Shown here piece after piece: positions 39,697 to 53,100 of a stretch of DNA of 64,000 nt. Origin of the DNA: Geosiphon pyriformis uo1 (Eukaryota; Fungi; Glomeromycota). Numbering within the stretch: the stretch's first letter is position 1; each line of letters starts with the position of its first letter. Under the pieces are notes generated by a model. The model saw only the letters and a program-made list of their open reading frames with translations. It did no database searches and was not told the origin of the DNA. The stretch covers positions 395,277-459,276 of the forward strand of contig JAAOMT010000176.1 of NCBI GenBank assembly GCA_016748015.1, written 5' to 3'. The translations under genes and the position numbers were made by a program.

Positions 39697-40022
39697 GGTA
39701 TAAAATAAAAAACAAATAATAAGGGATAAAATAAGAAGAAAATTATTCGAAAAAGGGTTTTTTTTTTAAAAAGCTTTTATTAATAGTATGTTTAAAAAGT
39801 AACTTTTTTAAAGATGGAGTTCGTATTTATGTTATTTCTCTATTTTAACAAATCAACTTATTTCATCAAAACTGTGATTCGTTATAAATCATACTAAATA
39901 GGTTTTCTATAGTACACAAAAGCTCTCTCTTGTCTCATTGTCTTATTGTCTTATAAAATAATAATTATAAAACGATTTAGGCTTTGTGAAGATATTAAAT
40001 AAAGTTTAAATTAATCAGGCTA

Positions 40023-40049
40023 ATATATATATATATATATATATATATA
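40023..40049. repeat. (TA)n microsatellite (others: (TA)n ~40299-40322, (AAT)n ~40560-40586, (ATT)n ~41105-41131)
   Basis: Direct reading. Confidence 0.85.
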
Positions 40050-40099
40050 ACTCTAAATGATAAAGTAATCCCACAAATATTATAATAAAAAAATTACCG

Positions 40100-40298
40100 T
40101 GCAATGTGTATTATTAATCAAGAAATATTAAAATCATCTTAATTTATCATCGTTATAATTAAAGACTTGATAAAACTTAATCATCACTTGAACATTGATA
40201 AATTAATTTTAATTATTTTAATTAAAAACTTTTAAATATGTAAAAAGACATTTTGTTCTTATTTTTACTATTATTATTGGTTTTATTACATAATTGAT

Positions 40299-40329
<31 letters not shown>

Positions 40330-42400
40330 GATTATTTCTTTACAAATACAAAATTTAAAAAAAAAAATATTGTAAAAAAATATTAAAAAATATAAAGTTA
40401 TAAATAAAAATCAGGTTAATATTATATTTTTTTAAAAAAATTTTATTTAAAACAAAAAATAAATCTGTTTTTTTGGTTTTTTTTATTAATTTTTTATTAC
40501 TTATATCAATTATAATATTCAATTTTATTATAGTTATAAATAAATTTTTTTTCTATATTAAATAATAATAATAATAATAATAATAAAAACATATTGATTA
40601 ATTTTAATTTAAATTAACTTTTAACTGTATTATTTAATATGTTAATTTTTAATTAATTTTTATTAGTTTTAAAAGCAAAACAAATTATGTTTTTGTATAT
40701 ATTTTTAATTAATTAATTTTAAAGATTAAACTAATTAAATAAAAACTGAATCTATTTATTTATCTTTTTGTTTTTAATAGTATTGTTTTTAATAGTATTG
40801 TTTTTAATAATGATTAAAAAACAATTATTAATTATTAAAAGTTTTTTAAATAAGTGACTTTTATTTTAGTATTTAATGTTTTTTTTAAAATTAAATTTTT
40901 TTATATTAAGATTATTTTTTAGTTTATATGTGGTTTTATTAATGGTAAAATCTGTATTTATTTTTTAGGTTTTTTTAAATACTGTTTTTTAAATTAAGTT
41001 TATTAGTTTTGTTTATTTTTTATTTTTAAAATTATTAAGTTTTTGGTAGTTTTTAAGTTTGCTTTTTTTTTTTAATATTATTATTTACAAAATATGTTTA
41101 AAAGTATTATTATTATTATTATTATTATTAATATTATGAATAATTTTAATATTTTTGGTAAAATTTTATAGATTATATTAAAATTTACTAATATTTAACA
41201 ATATATTATTGTTTATTTTAGGTTTTTTAAAATTAATTACAACTGTTTTTAATTTTTAATTAATTTTAATAATTAAAAATAATATTAAAATTTTTATTAT
41301 TATTAATTAAAGAGAAATTATTATTTTTTATAATATGTTTAAAACCAAATTGAACAATTTTTTTTTTTGGCTATATAACTTTAAGATTAATAATTTAGTT
41401 TTTTAAGTTTATAATTATATTTGGTTTATTTTTTATTTTTTTAATTTTTCTTAACAATTATAATATATAATTATTATTTTAAGTTTTAAAAAAATTTAAA
41501 TATTGTAATTATTAAAATTAATACTTTAAAAATATATTATTATATTTGGTAAAAAAACTTTTAATTATTAATATTATTTTAAATATTAAGATTTAGATTA
41601 TTTAGTTACATATTATAATTGAAATAAATAATAATAAAACTTAATTTTGTGAAAGTATTTTTTTTAAAAAAAAAACCACAACAATAAAAACCATATAATT
41701 AAAATCAAAAAAAAAGTTTTATTAACTTTTTTAATAAAAGTTGTTATAACTTATTTATATTTTTTATATATTAAATTAATAATATAAATTTATTAAAAAA
41801 TTGTTTTAATATTTAATATAATATTAATTAATTTAATTAATTAATCCCTTTTAATTAGCTTATTGATTAAAAATATTTAGCTTTTTATTAATTATTTTTA
41901 TAATTTATTTTTGGCAGAAACAAATTCAAAATAAGAAGTTTACTCTTTAAATAAATTATTTATAGTTAAAAAGGAATTTTTTCTGTTCAAAGTTTAGAGT
42001 AAAGACTTTAATAAATAATAAATCAGTTGTTATGAATTACTAAATAAAAATTTTGTTTGTTTGTTTATTTATTTATTTATAATTAATAATTGTTTACGTA
42101 TTAATAAAGATATTATTTTATTAAAACATTAAAATTATAAATAAAATCAAATAAAGTTTAATTAAAAGTACATTTATTAATATTTGTCTCAATTGTAAAA
42201 ATGTGATAAATTTTTTGTAAATTAATTTGGGAAAAATAAAAAATTATCTATATATATATAAATACATAAAAATATATATATATAACTTTAAAGAAATATT
42301 AATTATTTTCAATTTGAAAATATTCAACTTGATTTTTATAAAAGATTTAAAGCATATTTGATTAATCATAAATACTCACTATTTGATCAATTGAATAATC
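40100..42400. other. Extremely AT-rich spacer between the divergent kinase paralogs
   Basis: Near absence of C and G. Confidence 0.7.
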
Positions 42401-42779
42401 AATAATTATGAAGTTAAGCATCTATATATTTTCATTTTCTATCGAAACATTCGAGAGCTAACAAAAACAACAATAAATTCGAAGCGTCCTTTTCTTTTTT
42501 AGTGCAAGGTATTCTTTTATGCATCATCATCATATCAAACCTAAATTTAGGCAACAAGAAAATCAGAGAATGGAAAACTTGTTTGGGGTCTTTTCTTTAT
42601 TATAGTTACTTAAACCTATTTAGTATTATTTGTGGGGAATAATAGTTTGATGAATAACGAAATTTTATGATTTATTAACATAGAGAAACAACATAAATAA
42701 AGCTTTAAAAAAAAACTCACTCTTCGAATAATAACTTTAATACTTTATCCACACTTATCCTTTGTTCTTTATCCACATT

Positions 42780-43761
42780 ATGGAAAACATTGAAATTAAA
42801 AGAACTCGTCCATATTCTCATGATTGTAATAAATGTAAATCGTGTCAACAGAGTATTAAAAATACAATAGTAAAAATTTTTGTATTGTATGCCCAGTTCT
42901 TATTTTTTGAAAAACTTTATCGTAACTTTTCAAGCGGCAATAAAGTAGTTGATGAAATAATCAAGAATCCAATCTATATTCTACCTAATAATAAAAATGA
43001 ATATAAAGATGATAGTGGTTATTTGAATTATTATGAATGGATTCATTGGGAACGTTTGTCAAATATCAAGGAAATTGGTAGAGGAGGGTTCGGTATAATT
43101 TATAAAGCAACCCTAATTGATGGATTAATTGATAAATCTACAATAAAACATCATGGTTCAATGGAATATAAAAAGGAAGGAAAAGACAGAGAAGTAGTAA
43201 TAAAAATTATAAAAACGAACAGTTCAGAAATGTTTAAAGAGGTAAACAAACAATTCATTTATTATATTTATATTTATATTTATGTTTAATTCATATTTAC
43301 CTATTATTTATTTATTTATTTATTTACTGTATATTACTTTTTACGCTGTGTTCATAGTTAAATATTCAAAGAGCTGGGTTTGTTAATAACAACGATAACG
43401 ACTTGTGTTTAATCTTTTCACAATATAGGGGATTACGCAAAACGCTGAAACACTCGAGTATGGAATTGTGATACCCTTTGCCAAACTTGGAGACATGCGA
43501 AAATATTTAACAACAAATTTTCATTCTACGAGTTGGGAAATTAAATTAAACATCGCACATGATATAGCTATTGGACTTAAAACCATTCATTCTTCTGGTA
43601 TGGTTCATCGTAACCTAAACTCGGGCAACATCCTACTTGTACTTGACTATTACCCTAGAATTGGAGACCTCGGATTATATCAACCTACAAACCATCAAAC
43701 AACAACAGAAACAACGACATCAACATCGAACTCAGAAACGATAACAAGTTCAAGAACAACA
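42780..43761 (+). pseudogene. Truncated paralog of the 37997-39696 kinase
   Basis: Same start MENIEIKRTRPY and same intron (43242-43357); frameshift plus TGG>TAG near 43425; HRNLNSGNIL; joins LINE RT sequence after the Thr-rich segment. Confidence 0.88.
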
Positions 43762-45039
43762 CCCCTGTAATATTGTACAGCTTACCTTTTTTTACTACAG
43801 CAATTGGCAATCCACTAATAGATAAAGAAGCAACTTCAATCCTCTGATTAATAAGAATAGCCACTGTCTTCTTATTGTTAATTAAAACATTATTGATTGA
43901 AAAAAATTTGTTGGCAATGTCCAAATTGTATTATTAACAAAAACATCTGCTGCAAAAAACAAAGTTCTGTCTAAATTGTTTTCCACTTTTCTCATCTTGG
44001 CAACAAACTTAGTATCAATCTGGTAACCACACAAATGCTCAGAAAAAAGGTGAAAAAACTTCACTCTGATTTAAGCTATTATATACTCTATATCTATTTA
44101 AGAGCTCAAAATCTGTTATTATTCTATTAATCATATCTTTATACAGATTTTTAAAAAACTTGATAAAACTTTGACATATTAATATTCAGTTCAAATTCTA
44201 TCACAAATAAATTTAGCCAACAGAATTATAAGTCTTATACATATCTTGCAAAACCAACCACACTTTTTTTCTTTTTTTCAAAGCATTTTTAATAACAAAG
44301 CCTACAGCAAAGACCAGAATCTGTATAAAAGTGCTTTTGAGCACCAAAAAATTGTTTTTACAAAGCACATTAAACTTGCTACAAACAGAAAAAATATGGT
44401 CTGAAAAAATCTTTGACATAATCTTTTTAGCTGTTTTAATTAAAACTATTAATCTGGTGTTTATTAGTACTTTTTTCTACTTATATGGCTTTGAAATCAT
44501 AGATACTCAAGTTTTTCTTCAAGACACAAGAACTGATTCTAAAATTAAGCAACTGTTTAACAAATTCAAAAAATACTTCAAATATTACCATTGCTATACT
44601 TTTACAGTTTATTTAAATATCAAAAAAACTGATTATTTTGTTATTAAAAAGACATATAATTGTGTACTTTAATTTATTAAAACTGATTTTCTTTATTATT
44701 TTAGAAAATACACTATTATCTACATAATTTAAAGATCTATATTAACAAAATTAAAGATTAGGAATAAACTTCAGTACTAAATGTCTTCTAATTCAATTTT
44801 CTATAATATTATTCATCTTATTTCTTATTTTATTCAATTCCAAAACCAAATTATTTCCAACTACCAAATAATTAAGCATTATCTTCCAAAAAAATCATTC
44901 TAAAATGTTTCTAATCATGTAATTTTTGTTTATGTAAAAGTTTTTTATTTTTTTATTAATAGTTTTTTTAATAGCCAAAGTTTTAGCAAACTCTGATTTT
45001 CAATATTACAAATAAACTTAATAAGATAAAAATCATAAA

Positions 45040-46980
45040 TTTTGGTCCTCATAATTTAGAAACCAATTAAGCATTAATGTAATGGTTTTTTTAGTTAAGT
45101 TAATTATCAGTTTCTAAAGATTTTTTTGTTTAAAGTTATATTTATTGAGCTTTTTTGTTATAAAATACAAAGTTTTGGTTTTTTTTAATTGTGTTGTTGT
45201 TATTGTATTTTTTTTTAAACTAATAAATATAATTACTAAGATCTGGTATTGTTTTTTTATTTTTTTGGTAAGTTAATAAGATAAAATTAATATTTAAATT
45301 TAAGAAAAGCTTTTTTTTTTACCAAATTATCATAAAATTTATTTTTAGACAATTTATTTTCAATATTATTACTTTTTAAGAAAAAAAAATATAAAAAAAT
45401 ATAAAATAAAATAAAATAAAAAAACAAAAGAAAAAAAAAGAGAAATTAATATTGTCAATTATTATAATTAAGAGTAATTAGTTCAAGTTATTAGAGTTTC
45501 AAAGCTGTTTATACTGTTACCAGTAGAATTTTAGCTATTGATTAACATAAAATTACTCTCATAATTCTTATTATTAATTAGTATATATTATTATCATTTC
45601 AATTATCACTTATTATTTAATCAAATTATTAAATATTATTATTTAATTAATAATTCAATTTATACCATAGAAATTAAAATAATCAAATTACACAATACCT
45701 TAAACCATTTAATATTCAAAAATTCGCCGAAATTAGCAGAAATTGGCCGAAATAATCAATAATTTGTAGAAATAACTTGTAGTTTACCAAAATGTATCTT
45801 TAGTTTGCCAAAATTATAGCAAAAAGAAAAATACAAATTCAAAGACTAGTACTATAACAAGTTGTATAAAAAAGAGCTTCTCTCTTTAAAAAAATATATC
45901 TTATTATAATATTTTATTTTAGATATTTTAATTGAAACAAATTATCTCTTACATATTTTTATAAAATTAAATAAAAATTAAAAATATTCAAAAACCAAAT
46001 CCTTAATTATTATACTTGAAATTTACAAAACTCAACTAATGTTTTGAAATTGATTAGTTACCAATTTCAATAAACTGTTAATAACTTCAGACCTGAATAG
46101 AAAACGTTTTTCTTAACAGAATTCTATTTTTTTTACATTTTTTTTATTTTTTCTTTCTTTTCTTATTATAATTATTAGGATAGCCTATAAACAAAATTTC
46201 TGTAGAAAATTTGACTTTCACAATAAAGTAACTATGCATTTTTTAGTAAGCTTTTAAACAAGAAATTCCTGGGAAAAAGTTGATATTTATTACAACATAA
46301 CTATATAAAGTAACTGGTATAGAATTGGCCATTCTACTTATAAGTTCAGCAGTTCAATTATAAAAGATAATTTGAAGATAAATTCAATTATTGAAGGTTC
46401 AATTACTTTTAAAAAATGTGAATTAGCAACAAATAAACATTAACAACATTTAAGAAAAGAAACCAAAAACCTCTGGTAACAATACTAATAGCATCTAACT
46501 TGAAATAAAAGTAATAAAGACAATTAATTCAATTTTAACAATCAGAATATTGAAATTATGTACATATAATATAAAATAAAAAGATTTTATTAAACTAATT
46601 TACAAATATATATGTATAATAAAGTTAATTTTTAGGCTAAGTTTAAGATATTTAAAAGAAAAGTAATTTTTGTTTTTGTTTTCTTGTTGTTGTTTTTTTA
46701 TTTGCTAAAATTATTTGTTTTTATACATATTTTTTAGTTTTATAAAATTGTTTTCAATTACTTATTATTACTAGCTATTGTTTATTATTTTTTTTATTTT
46801 TTTATTTTTTTATGTTATAATTAATTATTCTATACTATGACTAATTATTCTGTATTATTTTATGTTTTTGTATATTATCTTGTATTATTTTAAGTTATTT
46901 TATATTATTTTATAATATTTTGTATTATTACGTTTTTTTATATTATTACATATTAATCACGTTTTTTCAATAATTTTAAA
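45040..46980 (-). mobile_element. Highly decayed family A-like LTR remnant (boundaries approximate), itself containing a family B solo LTR
   Basis: 45380-45510 resembles the A-rich/aagagctattgttc block of family A LTRs and interrupts LINE ORF2. Confidence 0.45.
45515..46481 (+). mobile_element. Solo LTR, Gypsy family B
   Basis: tgttaccagtagaatt...cctctggtaaca; TSD ATAC/ATAC. Confidence 0.92.
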
Positions 46981-48089
46981 TTGGTTTTTTTATACAAGTA
47001 ATACTAAAACTTTAAAACATGATATTTTCTTTTGACTTTAAACAAATAACAAAAAACTTTTTTAGATTTTGCCTTATATCCAATCAAAAATTGCATATTA
47101 AAAATCTTAGCATTATTAAGTCTTAACCAAACTCTTATGAAATAACTAAAGTTAAGAGTATTATTAAAAACAAAAACCTTAATAATTTTAAAAACCAAAA
47201 CTTTTAATTTAAAGAATTTAGAAAATTGCTTATTTTTTAAAGCATTAAACTTATTATACTAATATTTAAAAAAACTTTATTTATTAAATTTACTATTACT
47301 TTTATTAAAATATCTTATATTATATTTAACTTATTTTGCTTTTTTGTATCTTGAAACTCATATAAGATTAAAAACAAATCCAATAATAAATACTTTTTAA
47401 AATATGACCATTTTATTTTATTAGTATCTTTTATATTAAACTTCTAATAATTTTAATTGGTCTGCTTATACATTGCATTTAAATAAATATTCAAAAAGTT
47501 ATTTAACTTAAAAAAAACTAACACAGTTTTGTAATTGGTATTAAAAAATTTAGGCACATCAAAAATTTTATGATTAATAATTATTAACAAAAAATAAGCA
47601 CTAACAAAAATATAATTAATAGTCTTTTTCATCTCTTTAAAGTTGCTTTAAATGGAGAATTTAGCATAAAACTTTCAAAAAATAAGTTTTGCAAACTTAA
47701 ATCAGAATATTTCTCAAAACTAGTACTTTTTTTTAATTTATTTTTATTAAAATTATCTTTTAACATTATATAAAAATTAGAATTAACCATATTAGCAATA
47801 AAAAAATTAATATTATTAGTTTAACCAAAATATATATTTGTTAATACATTAACATAAATATTCAGAATTATTATTAAAAGATTATTATTAAACAAAAAGC
47901 AAATTACCAGAAGATAATTTAAAACTTCTAATACTTTATACACATAATAAGCCAATTTATTACTTATTATTATTGTCATATCTGAATCTAATTAGCCAGA
48001 ATTCAGATCAAACATAAAAACTTTTAAACTAGAGAACTTGTTTTTTATTTAAGATCTAATTTATTCTTTTAGTTTTATCTTAATAATAA

Positions 48090-48451
48090 TAATATTAGTA
48101 GAATTTAGTTAATAATTAACATAAAATTATTTTTATAAATTTCTATTCTTAATTAACATATATTATTATTAATTTAATTATTACTTATTATTTAATTAAA
48201 TTCTTAAATATTACTATTTAATTAATAACCTAATTTATATAAATACAAATACAATAATTAGATTATATAATATTCTAAACTCTATAACATTCAAAAATTT
48301 ACTAAATTTTGTAGAATTTTGTGAAATAATTTAATAGTTTACTAAAATAATTTGTAGTTTATAAAAATAACTTGTAATTTACCAAAATGTATTTTTTGTT
48401 TATCAAAATATTAATAAAAAAAAAGTGCAAGTTTAAAAATTAGTATTATAA
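48090..48451 (+). mobile_element. 5' part of a decayed family B LTR, cut by the tail of the next LINE
   Basis: Colinear with 45515-45860 until the T-rich tail at 48452. Confidence 0.75.
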
Positions 48452-49233
48452 TTATTATTTTTTTTTTATGTTTAATGAGTAAAGTCCAAATGCTACCTAG
48501 AACTATACAACATACAAATATTCTAAACTAGGTGCGAATCATGTATTTTCTATACGTGACCAGCCACTCGAGCCAATCAGAACAACACTATACATCTATA
48601 TGAACAGAAACCATATCACTTATACCAGAAAAGAACCGACAATATTTATGAAACCCAAAACTAACACCAAAAGCATTAGTAACACCCAATAATTTAACCA
48701 CACCATCTGAAAGTAGCTTAGGGGGGTCTATCACTAGAAGGGGTAGAGAACCATTACACAGAATTGAACCATTTCCCTCCATAAGAGATCTGTGTTTGGC
48801 ATGAACCAACCAAACCTCCTCCCAAAAAGCAAGACAAAATTTTCACACAAAGTCCATGATGGTCAGAGCCGCCACCTTGGGATCCTTAAAAACAGAAATT
48901 GACTCACGGTACCAATCGTTAAAAACAAAACTTTTACAAAGAGCCATGCTAATCACAACATCAGAAACACACATTGACAACAACTATAAGACACATGAGG
49001 AGAAATGAAATAAACCAGTGTGAGTTTCCCATGCAGACGCATGAACACTGACCAACCGAGCATGGGCAGAAACATCAGACAGGCATGAAAACATGTGGTC
49101 AGAGACCTTAATATTACCACAATAAAGACATATTATGCTGGGATAGCACTTATTATATAACTGTTTATGTACAGCTACAGGAAGCTGATGATGCAGTGCC
49201 TTCATGAAATATGATTAACCATCAGCAGTACAC

Positions 49234-50105
49234 TGTTACTCATAGAAATATAGGAAATATATTAGCATACTTATTAGCCAATCAGAAGTAAGCATAGTAA
49301 ATGTAGAATTTCAGGATTCCTCTCAGGAATTGCAGGATTCCAGGAATTTCAAAATTCTCTCATGAGAAATTGCAGGATTTCAGAATTCCAGAATTCCTCT
49401 CAAAGGAATCGCAGGATTCCAGAAATTACAGGATTCCTGTCGTGAAGAATCAAGGAATTGAGGAATCCCAATTATATATATATAGTGGTAGTATTAGAAA
49501 CAGAAAAAACAGAATCGATATCACAGAATCCTTAACCAAGAAACAAAATCATCAAATAAATAATTATTCCATATCTCAATTCACTCTCCACTATCAACAC
49601 TTCATGTTGATAATAATTGATACTTAACCACACTGAAACAATAGCTCTTGATTATGGCTATTGATGGAATACTAATCTGCCGAACTGTTTAGGCTTATTT
49701 ATTTTCTTTTTTTATTTTCTTTTATTTCTTTTTTTTATTTTATTTGCTTTGATTGTTGTGTATACTAATTGATTAAAAGATTAAGCATGGAGTTATTGAC
49801 GTCAAGAATAGTCTGGTAAAAGACCCAGAAATAAGGGTAGGATTTTATATATTATTAGATAGCTTACCAGAAGGGCACAACTGCCAGACTAAATCCAGCC
49901 ATCATGCTGAGAAAGAAATTGGGAAAACTCTTGGAAAGATACACCTACTATTAACACTATTGAATCTCTGTCTATTATACAAAGAACTCCATCAAAACCT
50001 TCAGATACAATATTTTGCAGAACCTCATTCACGGAAGTAGCTTTTTTTGAGCACCAAGTTACGAATTGTTATTTAATTCAATAGCAGAAATAATCACCTG
50101 TAACA
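49234..50105 (+). repeat. 5' LTR of family A copy 2 (CCAAT box agccaatcag, U3 repeats, TATA-like tatatata)
   Basis: Direct repeat of 58529-59416. Confidence 0.95.
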
Positions 50106-50107
50106 TT

Positions 50108-50124
50108 TGGTGCTCTCTGTAAGG
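50108..50124 (+). promoter_or_regulatory. Candidate primer-binding site (tRNA not assigned)
   Basis: TGG start 2 nt after the LTR end; equivalent tggtg(c/t)t in all three full elements. Confidence 0.7.
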
Positions 50125-50167
50125 TATAATCTTACAGAAAACCAGCACCAACAACACCAAACCAAAA

Positions 50168-53100
50168 GTGGCAGAATCAGAAAATATAGGAGCAAACCAT
50201 TTAGAATTTGCAAAATCCTTATTTCAACACTATTGTCAATACTTGGAATTAAACCACAATCATATATCCGCCGAATCAGCCTTCAATTTCTACGTCAACA
50301 AAAAAATTTCCTCTTTATTAGGAACACCAGTGAATACTGAATCAGCAAGAGAAACTTTCTATAAGGAATTAATTTAAAACACTAACTTATCAACAAATCA
50401 TAATTTCGCATCCATTATCACTAAGATCAACAAAGAAATTAAACATCACACTCAACAAAAATATTCAATTACATATGCTAGTAAAGGCAAGGGAAAATTA
50501 CAAACACCAGTAGTAACACCCAGAAAATTACAGCCACCTGCTTGAAAGAAAAACAGAGTTGAATCCCCAGGCAACTCATCCTATCACTATACACCTGGAA
50601 GCACCATCAACATATCATCAACAGACACATTCCCATCAACTGCGACATCAGCATTTGGACGATTCCCATTCCAAAGTAGACAAAAGAAAACAGAATTGTT
50701 AGGACCATATGGCAAATACTTTGAGAGATTTAATTCGCGATCATCAACTTCATTAGGACTTTGATTACCACTGCCTCCACCAGATTTCAGAATCTCTGAT
50801 CCATGGAAAGTAGCAGAATCAGAAAAAGAGGAAGAAGAATCAAAGGATCAAGAATTTACTTACCAGTGCCCGATTACTGAAAACTGGGAAGTTGAAACCC
50901 CAAATTTTCAAATTCAGCAAAATCCAGATCTAGAAAATTTGGAAATCAAAACTCCAAATCATCAAAGGCAGAACAATCCAAACTCCGAATTAATTAATCA
51001 GCAAAACTTACTTCCAGTAATTGTCATCGATCAACCACCGATTAATCCCATAGCCGAACCCATACAGCAGCCACTTCAACTACCACCTCAACAACCAGTA
51101 CAACAACAACTGCTTTAACAGCCACAACCACCTAACTTAGATCTAATGGCCTACGCACCAATCGCAAAACTTGACAACTTTACTGGCAAAAAAGATGATG
51201 CTCAAATATGGCTGAATGATGTAGAAAAGGCCATCACAGCCAATGGATAGAATGACGTTCAAGCAATGCAAACCATTCCCTACTTTCTCAAGGATACCGC
51301 CAATTCATGGTACCAGAGCTTGATTAATAAACCACAAGATTTTAATGCCTTCAAAGCAAAATTCCTAAGATACTTTAGCAACAATAACAGCATCAATTGC
51401 CTAGTCAATGCATTCACCACCATAAAACAAGGAGAAACTGAAGCAGTTACCACTTATCTGGAATGCTTCCATCAAAACATATGCCAAATTCAAGCAATTG
51501 ATGCCAACTATTTCACAGCACCACAGATACTCAATCAGTTTATCCGTGGTCTGTGCAGCAGCATCTTGCAACATGTATGTTCATTGCATCCAGGTACCCT
51601 TCAAGACACAGTTACATGCACTAGAGATTTTGAATCCGCTGAGTCAGAGGCTAACCATGCCCAAGCCGTTAATCTAGTAATGAATGGATCATCTGAATTG
51701 GATTCCAAATTGGAGAAATTCAGTGAATCAATTAATAAGAGATTGGAAGGATACTTAGCTAACAATTATGCCATTTATCAGCCTTCACAACGATGCAATA
51801 ATTAAGGAAACTCTAATCGTGCCCAAAATCAGTTATGGCCATTTTCATCGACCAATCAACAGTGGCAACAAGAAACACATATCTACCACTATTGTGGTAA
51901 ACAAGGACACATCCAAATTGACTGTTGCCAGCATTTAAATAACCAACGATCAGGAAATCTATATTGAAACCCCGATTGCCAGTTCCAAACTCCAAATCAG
52001 TACCCAAATCAAAACCAACCCACTTACCTACCAGTGATGCAGTCATCCATCTATCAGTCTCCAGTATACCAAGCTCCAATCTATCAACCACAGCCACAAG
52101 TAATTTATCAACAACCGCAGCCGCAATTAATCTATCAACCCCAACAAACCCAAACACTGCCCCAAAGCTTACTACCCAATGGAACCCAAAGACTGAAAAT
52201 AACTCAACAGAGCTGGAGATCGGCGATAGTAGTCCATCAACCGATCCTCAGTTCTTCACAGCAATCATCTGGATTACGCCAGCAGAATTCAGGTACCGGC
52301 CAAGCCCAGAACCCAAATTCCCAGAACTATTTAAGTCTCCTGGTCACCCCAGAAGATGCCTTAACTAATAATCCAGCATTCGCCCAAAAACAACCACTCA
52401 CCAGTAATATCCCACCTGCTACTATCACCAAAAACGAGTCCTTGGCTGCTATCTTCTCATTCGAATTTGAGGAAACAGCTGCAATGCCATTACTTAGTGG
52501 AGCCGCTCTTGAAGCCAAACCAATCACCACAATGTATACTGACGCCAAAGTCAAAGGACAATCCATCAAATTGATCCTTGACAGCAGTTCAGTAGGCAGT
52601 ATTATCACATGGCAACTCATGGACTGATTAGGTCACCAAGTTGATTGAGCTGCCAGTGCCAGAATTATCACAGCCGATGGAGCGACCAAAACTCCAATCA
52701 GTAAAATTGACAACTTCTCTTTTGAAATCAATGGCATTGTGACTCCCATTAAAGTTCTAGTGATGGAAGCCACTCAATATCAAGCTCTTGTTGGTAATGA
52801 CTGGCTATCCAAAGTCAATGTGACGTTAGATTGGAACACCCAGGAACTCCAACTAACACATCAAGGCCAACACATATGTGTACCGGCCACGTGTGGCCAC
52901 TTCAAGACTTCTCCAAGAGAGAAACTATTGATCGAACTAGAGGAGGAGAAAGAGAAATCTACCTGGGAAGCCTACCAAGTGTCATGGGCTGATGAAAAGC
53001 ACAACGAACTGCCACCAATACTCCCCTGGAATAAACAACGACAATAGAAAAAGGAAACAAAAGGAAGAACTTACTTGGAAAACTGATGACTTGACCTGGA

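Larger units (their letters stand above)
43762..48089 (-). mobile_element. Old degenerate LINE ORF2 fragment (endonuclease to RT), interrupted by LTR sequence
   Basis: Remnants KVWLVLQDMYKTYNSVG, FFAADVFVNNTIW and NKFFSINNVLINNKKTVAI match the 60823-62454 RT; endonuclease remnants at ~47500-48080. Confidence 0.8.

Noticed and set aside
49300-49470. LTR repeat arrays as possible CRISPR arrays (also 63931-64000)
   Set aside because: Eukaryotic LTR U3 context, short degenerate units, no 30-40 nt unique spacers and no cas genes
49370-49627. ORF recurring in family A LTRs (also 58733-58951)
   Set aside because: Recurs only because LTRs are repeats; non-ATG start inside the repeat array; no coding signature
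51964-52368. Ser/Thr-rich overlapping ORF in an alternate frame of gag (also 14340-14570)
   Set aside because: Gln/Pro-rich codons leave this frame stop-poor; no ATG; no evident counterpart in family B
52560-52630. Programmed gag/pol frameshift
   Set aside because: Gag through RNase H fragments are in one frame in family B and, apart from a compensated indel pair, in A copy 2
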